Shown piece by piece: positions 21,749-32,438 of a stretch of DNA of 38,962 nt. The stretch is from Octopus bimaculoides (lineage: Eukaryota): contig NC_068984.1 in the NCBI RefSeq assembly GCF_001194135.2, forward strand, positions 112,338,537-112,377,498, in the 5' to 3' direction. The notes under the pieces are model-generated. The model was not told the origin of the DNA, ran no database searches, and saw nothing but the letters and a program-made list of their open reading frames with translations. The translations under genes and the position numbers were made by a program. How positions within the stretch are numbered: the stretch's first letter is position 1; the number at the start of each line of letters is the position of its first letter.

Positions 21749-23000
21749 GTGTGTATGTTGGTTGTCACTCGATTCACAGCTCAGTTGCTAAAGTATATAA
21801 CCACCGACCAAAAAGCTGTTGGTTCCAGATCACCTATCATTACAGCTAATCATGACATTTAACTCACAAGATTCTTTATTCACCCAGATATAAAGTGATA
21901 GATATATTTTCGGAGTGAAGATTCACTGAATGAATAAATTCAAGATTTTGTTCCATAATTCTCTTCTGTAATCTTATATTTTAAATGACCACCTCTGCTG
22001 CCATCCACCTCCATATTAACGCATTCGTGACTATATTTCTAATGAGCTGACTGTCTGTGCATTTCAATTAATTATTGCTCACTGTAATCAAGATTTTGAA
22101 GAGGATTGGTAAAATTTCACTCACTACATATCATCATCATTTTCAATGTTTCAAAGTCCACATAGCATGAATTCATTGAGGCAAATTTTCTATGTCTGGA
22201 TGTCCTTTCTGTCACCAACCCTCACCTGTTTTTCGAGCAAGCTATTACTCCCCATGTTTTCTTGGGAGACTGCAAACGAAGGACACTAACTATATTTGTA
22301 TTATGGTGGTGCTCGTTTACAACTATTGTGCAGTGTGAAGATGAAGAGACACATATACACACATCCATGCATACACACGTGCACACACACATAAATGTAT
22401 ATCAATTTTAATAGATTAAAGGTTGGCAGTGACTTCAAAAGTTTCAGCTTGATCGCCTTCATTACACTGCAAAAGTTAATAAATACACAGGCTACCAAAA
22501 ATGTGTAGAGAAATTCCTCAGCTCCGTATTAAAATGTTTCCATATATAAGTTGACTTAAAAACAAAGCTTACACACACACACACACACACANNNNNNNNN
22601 NNNNNNNNNNNNNNNNNNNNNNNNNNNNNNNNNNNNNNNNNNNNNNNNNNNNNNNNNNNNNNNNNNNNNNNNNNNNNNNNNNNNNNNNNNNNNNNNNNNN
22701 NNNNNNNNNNNNNNNNNNNNNNNNNNNNNNNNNNNNNNNNNNNNNNNNNNNNNNNNNNNNNNNNNNNNNNNNNNNNNNNNNNNNNNNNNNNNNNNNNNNN
22801 NNNNNNNNNNNNNNNNNNNNNNACACACACACACTATAGAGGGTAAATGTTTTTATTTTTCATTCCTTTTCGAAATTATCCCTGATTTTGTGGTGTAGAG
22901 CTTTGGCTGCTCTTTCTAGCAGGTTAGATGTCCTTTTATGGGCATCTCTAATGTGTATTAAATGTACACTGTATTTTATATATATATATATATATATATA

Positions 23001-23264
23001 TCATCATCATCGTTTAACGTCCGCTTTCCATGCTAGCATGGGTTGGACGACTTGACTGAGGACTGGTGAAACCGGATGGCAACACCAGGCTCCAATCTAA
23101 ATTTGGCAGAGTTTCTACAGCTGGATGCCCTTCCTAACGCCAACCACTCAGATATATATATATCATCGTTGTTTAATGTCTGCTTTCCATGCTGGCACAG
23201 GTTGGACTGTTGGACTGAGGACTAGGAAGCTGGGAGGCTGCACCAGGTTCCAATCTGACTTGGC
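23001..23264 (-). mobile_element. Two tandem family C 3' ends (23001-23152 young, 23162-23264 older)
   Basis: Each starts with (CAT)n-GTTTAA(C/T)GTC(C/T)GCTTTCCATGCT(A/G)GCA. Confidence 0.85.
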
Positions 23265-23489
23265 CTACATATAAGCACACACACTCATGTATATGTGTCT
23301 GTGTGTGTATATGTGAGTGTTTATATATATATGTATATATATGTGTGTGTGTGTGTGTGTGTATATATATGTATGTATATGTGTGTGTGTGTGTGTATAT
23401 ATGTATGTATGTATATGTATGTGTGTGTATATATACATGTGTATATATGTGTGTGTATATACAAATATATATATATATATTTGTACATA

Positions 23490-23784
23490 GGCGCAGGAGT
23501 GGCTGTGTGGTAAGTAGCTTGCTTACCAACCACATGGTTCTGGGTTCAGTCCCACTGTGTGGCACCTTGGGCAAGCGTCTCCTACTATAGCCTCGGGCCG
23601 ACCAAAGCCTTGTGAGTGGATTTGGTAGACGGAAACTGAAAGAAGCCCGTCATATATATGTATATATATATATGTGTGTGTGTGTGTTTGTGTGTCTGTG
23701 TTTGTCCCCCCAACATCGCTTGACAACCGATGCTGGTGTGTTTACGTCCCTGTAACTTAGCGGTTCGGCAAAAGAGACCGATAG
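23490..23784 (+). mobile_element. Family B SINE, 3' end in gap
   Basis: GGCGCAGGAGTGGCTGTGTGGTAAG..GGGTTCAGTCCC (A- and B-box-like), CORE-like box, internal microsatellite. Confidence 0.92.
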
Positions 23785-24122
23785 NNNNNNNNNNNNNNNN
23801 NNNNNNNNNNNNNNNNNNNNNNNNNNNNNNNNNNNNNNNNNNNNNNNNNNNNNNNNNNNNNNNNNNNNNNNNNNNNNNNNNNNNNNNNNNNNNNNNNNNN
23901 NNNNNNNNNNNNNNNNNNNNNNNNNNNNNNNNNNNNNNNNNNNNNNNNNNNNNNNNNNNNNNNNNNNNNNNNNNNNNNNNNNNNNNNNNNNNNNNNNNNN
24001 NNNNNNNNNNNNNNNNNNNNNNNNNNNNNNNNNNNNNNNNNNNNNNNNNNNNNNNNNNNNNNNNNNNNNNNNNNNNNNNNNNNNNNNNNNNNNNNNNNNN
24101 NNNNNNNNNNNNNNNNNNNNNN

Positions 24123-24209
<87 letters not shown>

Positions 24210-24438
24210 AATGCAAATATACATATACGGATATACACATTCAAATATATATGTATGCATACATACACACATATTTATATAGATATATTTAGTTATATAT
24301 AAATATATACTCATATATATATACATATACATGTGTATTACACAAGTGCACATATATATGTATATACATATATATATACATATATATGTATATATATATA
24401 TTATATAAATATACATATACATATATTACATGTATGTA

Positions 24439-24472
<34 letters not shown>

Positions 24473-24703
24473 ACTATTTTCTTGCAAAGTAAGGTTGTGA
24501 GGTTCATCAGAGATTTTGTCATTGTTGTAGATAAGATGTGCAAAGGTCAAAAGGTCACTATGAGAAATAAATGAATTAGTAAAACAAGTGTGATTGCAAG
24601 CAACATAAATGAAGGTCACATGGTTATGACTACAACAACTACAACATCAACAACAACAACACCACCACCAACAACAACAACAACAACAACAAAATTGGTT
24701 ATG

Positions 24704-24738
<35 letters not shown>

Positions 24739-24792
24739 GTACGTAGTGGAAATTTGCTCATCATACTTATGAGAACAAACACAACACACACG

Positions 24793-24847
<55 letters not shown>

Positions 24848-24920
24848 CTTCAACATTGAAGGAAATTTTTATGAAATAACTTTTCAAAATATTTGGGGAA
24901 GGAAATTCAAAAATTTTGGT

Positions 24921-25489
24921 TACTCTTTTACTCGTTTCAGTCATTTGACTGCGGCCNNNNNNNNNNNNNNNNNNNNNNNNNNNNNNNNNNNNNNNNNNNN
25001 NNNNNNNNNNNNNNNNNNNNNNNNNNNNNNNNNNNNNNNNNNNNNNNNNNNNNNNNNNNNNNNNNNNNNNNNNNNNNNNNNNNNNNNNNNNNNNNNNNNN
25101 NNNNNNNNNNNNNNNNNNNNNNNNNNNNNNNNNNNNNNNNNNNNNNNNNNNNNNNNNNNNNNNNNNNNNNNNNNNNNNNNNNNNNNNNNNNNNNNNNNNN
25201 NNNNNNNNNNNNNNNNNNNNNNNNNNNNNNNNNNNNNNNNNNNNNNNNNNNNNNNNNNNNNNNNNNNNNNNNNNNNNNNNNNNNNNNNNNNNNNNNNNNN
25301 NNNNNNNNNNNNNNNNNNNNNNNNNNNNNNNNNNNNNNNNNNNNNNNNNNNNNNNNNNNNNNNNNNNNNNNNNNNNNNNNNNNNNNNNNNNNNNNNNNNN
25401 NNNNNNNNNNNNNNNNNNNNNNNNNNNNNNNNNNNNNNNNNNNNNNNNNNNNNNNNNNNNNNNNNNNNNNNNNNNNNNNNNNNNNNNNN

Positions 25490-25520
<31 letters not shown>

Positions 25521-25685
25521 CACGACGGGCTTCTTTCAGTTTCCGTCTACCAAATCCACTCACAAGGCTTTATTCGGCCTGAGGCTATAGTAGAAGACAC
25601 TTGCCCAAGATACCATGCAGTGGGACTGAACCCGAAACCATGTGGTTGGTAAGCAAGCTACTTACCACACAGCCACTCCTGCGCC
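24921..25685 (-). mobile_element. Family B SINE spanning an N gap (24957-25489)
   Basis: Tail TACTCTTTTACTCGTTTCAGTCATTTGACTGCGGCC lies before the gap and the head ...CCACTCCTGCGCC after it. Could be two copies. Confidence 0.8.
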
Positions 25686-25986
25686 TATTTCATTTTTTTT
25701 TTTTTAATGTCAAAATAGCTATCATTTGCGAAGGCTCGCTCATTATTTCTTTTTGTATAACACCAGATCAAAATTTTATCGAGTCGTCCACAAATATCAT
25801 AGCCATTGGGTTATATATTGGAGATGTGGTTATTGCTAATCAGAGAACTATGCAGGTAGATTTAAACTCTTGTGGCTAATAAAAAGAAACGACAAGCCGT
25901 ATGATAATTCATTTCATTTTAGACTTCTTTGTCAAACATGAAGAAGATATGGCAGATGAGGATTAGAACTCAGGATATATCTGAAG

Positions 25987-26127
25987 GCATTTGTGCTGCT
26001 GTGTGGTAAGAAGTTTGCTTCTCAATCACATGGTTCCGGTCGAGTGTCTTGGGTGTCTTGTACTATGGCCTCAGGCTGACCAAAGCCTTGTGAGTGGATT
26101 TGGTTGACGGAAATTGAAAGAAGAACG
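25987..26127 (+). mobile_element. Family B SINE, degraded 5' half
   Basis: GCTGTGTGGTAAGAAG..GACCAAAGCCTTGTGAGTGGATTT..GACGGAAATTGAAAGAAG, then (TA)n. Confidence 0.8.
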
Positions 26128-26153
26128 TTTTATATATATATATATATAGATAT

Positions 26154-26573
26154 GACCTGTTGGGGCAAGTGAAAGCGAAATCGTGATGGCACTTGTACCA
26201 GTGGAGCGCTAAGCGCACCGTTCGAGCGTGATAGTTGCCAGAGCAGCTGTCTGGCTTCCGTGCCAGTGGCACGTACATAGCACCATTTGAGCATGATCAT
26301 TTCCAGCCTCGCCTTCTTCCTAGCACATGAAAAGACATTCGAGCGAGGTCGTTGCCAGTGCCGCTGGACTGGCTCCTGCACAGGTGACATGCAAAATACA
26401 CCATTTTGAGCATGGCCGTTGCCAGTACCGCCTGACTGGCCTCATGCCAGTGGCACGTAAAAGCACCCACTACACTCCCAGAGTGGTTGGCGTTAGGAAG
26501 GGCATCCAGCTGTAGAAACTTTGACAAATCAGATTGGAGCCTGGTGTAGCCATTGGGTTTCACCAATCCTCAG
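26154..26573 (+). mobile_element. Family C copy with about 4.5 internal subrepeats, 3' end in gap
   Basis: Reverse complement of 31835-32336, including unit order. Confidence 0.88.
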
Positions 26574-27565
26574 NNNNNNNNNNNNNNNNNNNNNNNNNNN
26601 NNNNNNNNNNNNNNNNNNNNNNNNNNNNNNNNNNNNNNNNNNNNNNNNNNNNNNNNNNNNNNNNNNNNNNNNNNNNNNNNNNNNNNNNNNNNNNNNNNNN
26701 NNNNNNNNNNNNNNNNNNNNNNNNNNNNNNNNNNNNNNNNNNNNNNNNNNNNNNNNNNNNNNNNNNNNNNNNNNNNNNNNNNNNNNNNNNNNNNNNNNNN
26801 NNNNNNNNNNNNNNNNNNNNNNNNNNNNNNNNNNNNNNNNNNNNNNNNNNNNNNNNNNNNNNNNNNNNNNNNNNNNNNNNNNNNNNNNNNNNNNNNNNNN
26901 NNNNNNNNNNNNNNNNNNNNNNNNNNNNNNNNNNNNNNNNNNNNNNNNNNNNNNNNNNNNNNNNNNNNNNNNNNNNNNNNNNNNNNNNNNNNNNNNNNNN
27001 NNNNNNNNNNNNNNNNNNNNNNNNNNNNNNNNNNNNNNNNNNNNNNNNNNNNNNNNNNNNNNNNNNNNNNNNNNNNNNNNNNNNNNNNNNNNNNNNNNNN
27101 NNNNNNNNNNNNNNNNNNNNNNNNNNNNNNNNNNNNNNNNNNNNNNNNNNNNNNNNNNNNNNNNNNNNNNNNNNNNNNNNNNNNNNNNNNNNNNNNNNNN
27201 NNNNNNNNNNNNNNNNNNNNNNNNNNNNNNNNNNNNNNNNNNNNNNNNNNNNNNNNNNNNNNNNNNNNNNNNNNNNNNNNNNNNNNNNNNNNNNNNNNNN
27301 NNNNNNNNNNNNNNNNNNNNNNNNNNNNNNNNNNNNNNNNNNNNNNNNNNNNNNNNNNNNNNNNNNNNNNNNNNNNNNNNNNNNNNNNNNNNNNNNNNNN
27401 NNNNNNNNNNNNNNNNNNNNNNNNNNNNNNNNNNNNNNNNNNNNNNNNNNNNNNNNNNNNNNNNNNNNNNNNNNNNNNNNNNNNNNNNNNNNNNNNNNNN
27501 NNNNNNNNNNNNNNNNNNNNNNNNNNNNNNNNNNNNNNNNNNNNNNNNNNNNNNNNNNNNNNNNN

Positions 27566-28108
27566 GGCATGGATTGGACGGTTTGACTGGGGACTGGCAA
27601 GCCAGAAGACTACACCAGGCTCCAATCTGATCTGGCAAGGTTTCTACAGCTGGATGCCCTTCCTAATGCCAACCACTCCGAGAGTGTAGTGGGTATTTTT
27701 TATGTGCCTCTGGCACAGGAGCCAGTCAGGCAGCACTGGCATCAGCCACGTTCAGATGGTGCTTTTATGTGCCACCAGCACAGGGAGCCAGTCAGGTAGC
27801 ACTGGTATCGACCCACGCATGAATAGTGCTTATTGCATGCCACCAGTACAGGAGCCAGTCAGGCGACACTGGCATCAGCCACAACTACAATTTCCATTTT
27901 GATTTTGATTTGATTGAGATTCTGATTGTCAATTTGATTTTACTTGACTCAGTAGGTCTCCTCAAGCATGGCGTGTCCCTCGACGATTCAAAGGTACTTT
28001 TTTAATGGGCTGGTTATGCGACACTGATATAGACTACGGCTGTGATCTCACTTTACTTGCCGGGTCTTCTCAATCACAGCATATCTCCAGAGGTCTCAGT
28101 CTCTTGTC

Positions 28109-28110
<2 letters not shown>
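27566..28110 (-). mobile_element. Family C copy extending into the last RT codons of an RTE-type LINE
   Basis: Minus strand 28110-28048 reads MTRD*DLWRYAVIEKTRQVK* (the internal TGA fits CpG decay of CGA), an RTE-like 'DRxxWR' C-terminus. It is followed by a 3' UTR with three roughly 65-nt subrepeats and the family C end. Confidence 0.75.
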
Positions 28111-28139
<29 letters not shown>

Positions 28140-28212
28140 TGTATGTATGTCAACCCTCCAGCATGGTAGCAGTCAGATGATTGAAACAAGCAAAAGAAAA
28201 GTATAAGTAAAA

Positions 28213-28646
28213 ATTGTTTCATAATTTTGGCACAAGGCCAGCAATGTTAGTGGGAGTTGGTAGTCAATTACATTGATCCCATGACTTTATTGGTCCTTGT
28301 CTAATGCTTTAACATTCGGATTGCTTTGCCAAATATAATGCTTATTCATTCACATTGTTTTCAAATAATTGTACATCATCTTGTAGCCTGAGATTTGATG
28401 ATGTCACTGTTTAGTTTTTAGAATGGTATTGTAGGGTAGGTGAGAGAAGTCAGATCTGGCTGGTTCGAGCATACAATATGTAGACTATTTTAGCCTGCTA
28501 TGGCCAGTTTAAGTACTAAAGGATTAATTGACCCTGAAATGCTGAAAGGAAAGGTCAACCTTGTTGGCATTTGAACTCAGAAGATAAAGCTGGAAGTAAT
28601 GCTGATAAGCATTTTGTCTGGTGCATTAACGATTCTGCCAGCTTGC
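28213..28646 (-). mobile_element. Old family A SINE split by a MITE
   Basis: 3' half at 28213-28300 (TTTGGCACAAGGCCAGCAA) and 5' half at 28524-28646 (TTGACCCTGAAA..TTTGAACTCAGAA..ACGATTCTGCCAGC). Confidence 0.75.
28301..28527 (+). mobile_element. piggyBac-like MITE, degraded
   Basis: Collinear with 31729-31834 plus 32339-32438. Right end TACTAAAGGA|TTAA. Confidence 0.7.
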
Positions 28647-28846
28647 TCTTTTACTCTTTTGCTTGTTTCAGTCATTTGACTGCTGCCATGCTGGAGCACC
28701 GCCTTTAGTCGAGAAAATCGACCCCAGGACTTATTCTTTGTAAACCTAGTACTTACTCTATCGGTCTCTCTTTTTGCCAAACCGCTAAGTTACAGGGACG
28801 TAAACACACCAGCATCGGTTGTCAAGCGATGGTGGGGGGACAAACA

Positions 28847-28892
<46 letters not shown>

Positions 28893-28958
28893 CATATACA
28901 CGACGGGCTTCTTTCAGTTTCCGTCTACCAAATCCACTCACAAGGCTTTGGTCGGCCC
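28646..28958 (-). mobile_element. Family B SINE, head in gap
   Basis: CTCTTTTACTCTTTT tail, body and internal (CA)n(TA)n. A decayed + strand B tail fragment also lies at about 28150-28210. Confidence 0.9.
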
Positions 28959-29853
28959 NNNNNNNNNNNNNNNNNNNNNNNNNNNNNNNNNNNNNNNNNN
29001 NNNNNNNNNNNNNNNNNNNNNNNNNNNNNNNNNNNNNNNNNNNNNNNNNNNNNNNNNNNNNNNNNNNNNNNNNNNNNNNNNNNNNNNNNNNNNNNNNNNN
29101 NNNNNNNNNNNNNNNNNNNNNNNNNNNNNNNNNNNNNNNNNNNNNNNNNNNNNNNNNNNNNNNNCTTGGAAATATTGCCGTTCAAAATGCAGGTTAAGAG
29201 CAGTTGACCCTTCGGTAAACTAATAAAAAACACACTTTTTATTACTAATTGCAATATAAAACAAATAAACAAATAAACAGACAAACGAATAAATAAATAA
29301 ATAAGTAGATGAGTGGTTAAGGTCCACAGATGAAGATTTTTCTCTATTTCACTATTTCTGATAAACATTCTTTCTCACGACTACAACGGTTAATAACCTT
29401 TTCTCTCACTAACCCTTTCCAAAAACAAACTTGTTTATGTTTCTTTTACCTTTTTATCTTGCGTATGCTTGATGTGTATGTTATCTAAATAGTATTAACC
29501 TGAAACTGGCCTACATTTAAACTGAAGTAAAGACTTAGAATGCACATCATTGACTTACAGAGCATGGATGTGTGATTAATCTTTTACCTGCCTTGTGTAT
29601 CACGTGATACAAAGGACATTTCCCTGCCATCCGCACACCCATATATGGTACACATTCTTAATGTTTTTTTTTGTTTTGTTTTTTGTAACTGTAGCGTAAC
29701 CTGGGACTTGTGAAAGAAAGCATTATATTTCTTAGAATGTATGAAACAAGGGCTAACTAAACGTTTGGAAACATGAATGTACAGGACAAACTTATGAAAA
29801 TGCTTTTGACAAACGGAAGATTAAGCCAGCGCACCATTATGGCCACCGACTAA

Positions 29854-30135
29854 CATCATCATCATCGTCGTCGTTTAACGTCTGCTTTCCATGCTAGCAT
29901 GGGTTGGACGATTTGACTGAGGACTGGTGAAACCAGATGGCTACACCAGGTTCCAATCTGATTTGGCAGAGTTTCTACAGCTGGATGCCCTTCCTAACGC
30001 CAACCACTCAGAGAGTGTAGAGGGTGCTTTTACGTGCCACCGGCACGAAGGCCAGTCAGGCAGTACTGGCAACGGTCATGTTCAAAATGGTGTATTTTAT
30101 GTGCCACCCGCACAAGAGCCAGTCCAGGGGCACTG
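29854..30135 (-). mobile_element. Family C 3' end, 5'-truncated in the second subrepeat
   Basis: (CAT)n(CGT)n-TTAACGTCTGCTTTCCATGCTAGCATGG...GCCAGTCC. Confidence 0.88.
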
Positions 30136-31087
30136 ATTGAAGCAAATTAATGAGTGATATGTTTATGACAGGTCAATGAAATAATTGGTAGATTGTAGGA
30201 GAAAATACATTACTGTTTCTTTTTTTTATACATCCTTTTATGATGTAAACTTAAATCTTGCCCAACTCTGTTGTTTTACAATTGTCTGAGGTTTGCAAAA
30301 TGTGTACTTTCGTAAATATAAAAGGGGTCGTTTGTTCGTTTGTTTACTTTCACATTGGGTTTTTATATGCTAGCATGGGTTAGATGGATATATGGTTAGT
30401 TACTGAGGTATTATTTTACACCTGGATGCTCTCACTGACATTCACCCTTTTCTGTTTTGCAAGTAAGGGATATGGGACCTTTTATTGCACGAGGCAAAGC
30501 AAATGGATAGTTTATTGACAAAAGTTACAACACTAACACAGCTCTTAGCAAACCATTTTCGTACAGAGCAAATATGCCTTCTCCTTTCCAGGTCTGTTTC
30601 AGATCTGGAGCAGACAGATCTTGAACAGATGTTGATGATGTTGATGATGATGATAATGTTGTTGTCACTGATGATGATGATGATTATGATGATGATTTAT
30701 TCTTATCTTTTACAACTGAAATTCCACATTACCATTTGCCAGGCAAAACCAAAACATGCTAATTTAACACAAAAATAGTTTACATTCTATTCTGTATTTG
30801 CATCATTTTCTGGTTTTGGAATACCATCTCCAGTTAAATGGGCATTGTCTATTTTATTTTTCTCCATAATCTAAAATAGTATGGCAGTGAGCTCATTTTT
30901 TGTACTAGTGGCAGGCCTTCATTTGTACTGTTAAGCTCTCTTTGAACTGAGTCCAACATACTTTTTAGCATTTGCAGTTGAAGCTTCTTATATTACAGAA
31001 ATCTTTTTTTTTATTCTTATTTTTTTGGGGGGATGCTGTGTTTTAGTAGCTTCTCGAATAAGGATAAATATCCATTTTAATTCCATA

Positions 31088-31247
31088 AGGAGTGGCTGTG
31101 TGGTAAGTAGCTTGCTTACGAACCACATGGTTCCGGGTTCAGTCCCTCTGCGTGGCACCTTGGGCAAGTGTCTTCTACTATAGCCTCGGGCCGACCAAAG
31201 CCTTGTGAGTGGATTTGGTAGACGGAAACTGAAAGAAGCCTGTCATA

Positions 31248-31306
<59 letters not shown>

Positions 31307-31525
31307 TGTGTGTGTGTGTATATGTTTGTCCCCCCCAACATCGCTTGACAACCGATGCTGGTGTGTTTACGTCCCCGTAACTTAGCGGTTCAGCAAAAGA
31401 GCCCGATAGAATAAGTACTAGGCTTACAAAGAATAAGTCCTGGGGTCGATTTGCTCGACTAAAGGCGGTGCTCCAGCATGGCCACAGTCAAATGACTGAA
31501 ACAAGTAAAAGAGTACAAAGAGAGT
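31088..31525 (+). mobile_element. Family B SINE, near full length (best reference copy)
   Basis: tRNA-like head, CORE-like GCACCTTGGGCAAGTGTCTT, about 80 nt of (TA)n(TG)n, GATAGAATAAGTAC..CCTGGGGTCGATT module, GTAAAAGAGT tail. Confidence 0.92.
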
Positions 31526-31728
31526 ATGCTCATATTTCTACCAGTCTTTTAGGTCTGATGACTAATCCAACTAGAGGAATCTTTTGGATACCAATGCCAG
31601 ATTTTTTACTCTCTAAAATGGACTGATAGTTTCTGTAGTCCACTGTCCACTCATGTTACTAGCTATTTTCAGGGTTGAAGATTGGGGTTCTCTCTGCCAT
31701 GTCCCCTGTGTTATACAGCCTTCTTTAA

Positions 31729-32438
31729 CCCTTCAGCATTCAGATTACCCTGCCAAATGCAATGCTTGTTTATTCTCATAGTTTTGAATTAATCATGCAT
31801 TATCTTGTAGCTTCGAGATTTTGAAGAAGAGATTCATCATCACCATCATTGTTTAACGTCCGCTTGCCATGCTAGCATGGGTTGGACGATTTGACTGAGG
31901 ACCGGTGGACCAGGTGGCCACACCAGGCTCCAATCTGATTTGGCAGAGTTTCTACAGCTGGATGCCCTTCCTAATGCCAACCACTCTGAGAGTGTAGTGG
32001 GTGCTTTTAGGTGCCACCGGCACGAAGGCCAGTCAGGCAGTACTGGCCATGGCCATGCTCAAAATGGTGTATTTTACGTGCTACCTGCACAGGAGCCAGT
32101 CGAGCGGTACTGGCAATGGTCTCGTTCGAATGTCTTTTCACATGTCACTGGCACAAGTGCCAGGAAAGCAACGTTTGTAACGATCACGCTCAAATGGTGC
32201 CATTTACGCGCCACCGGCACGGAAGCCAGACAGCTGGTGCTCTGGCAATGATCACGCTTGGACGGTGCTCTCAGTGCTCCACTGGTACAGGTGTCATCAT
32301 GATTTCGCTTTTGCTTGCCCCAACAGGTCTTCGCAAATTGACATTGTAGATTAGATGTGAGAAACTGGATCTGTCCAGTTTGAACATAAAACAGGTAGAA
32401 CATTTGAGCCTGATATAACTGGCTTAAATGCTAAAGGG
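31729..32438 (+). mobile_element. piggyBac-like MITE split by a family C insertion
   Basis: TTAA|CCCTTCAGCATT at the left end and AATGCTAAAGGG|CCAA at the right: a 12-bp near-perfect TIR starting CCC, with a TTAA target as in piggyBac. The two halves join into the 28301-28527 sequence. Confidence 0.75.
31835..32336 (-). mobile_element. Family C copy nested in the MITE
   Basis: (CAT)n tail at 31835, about 4.5 subrepeats, 5' boundary near CCCCAACAGGTCTTCGCAA. Confidence 0.9.

Noticed and set aside
31555-31585. CTGATGA followed by a small CTA/TAG stem, a possible hammerhead
   Set aside because: No GAAA box after the stem and no helix I.
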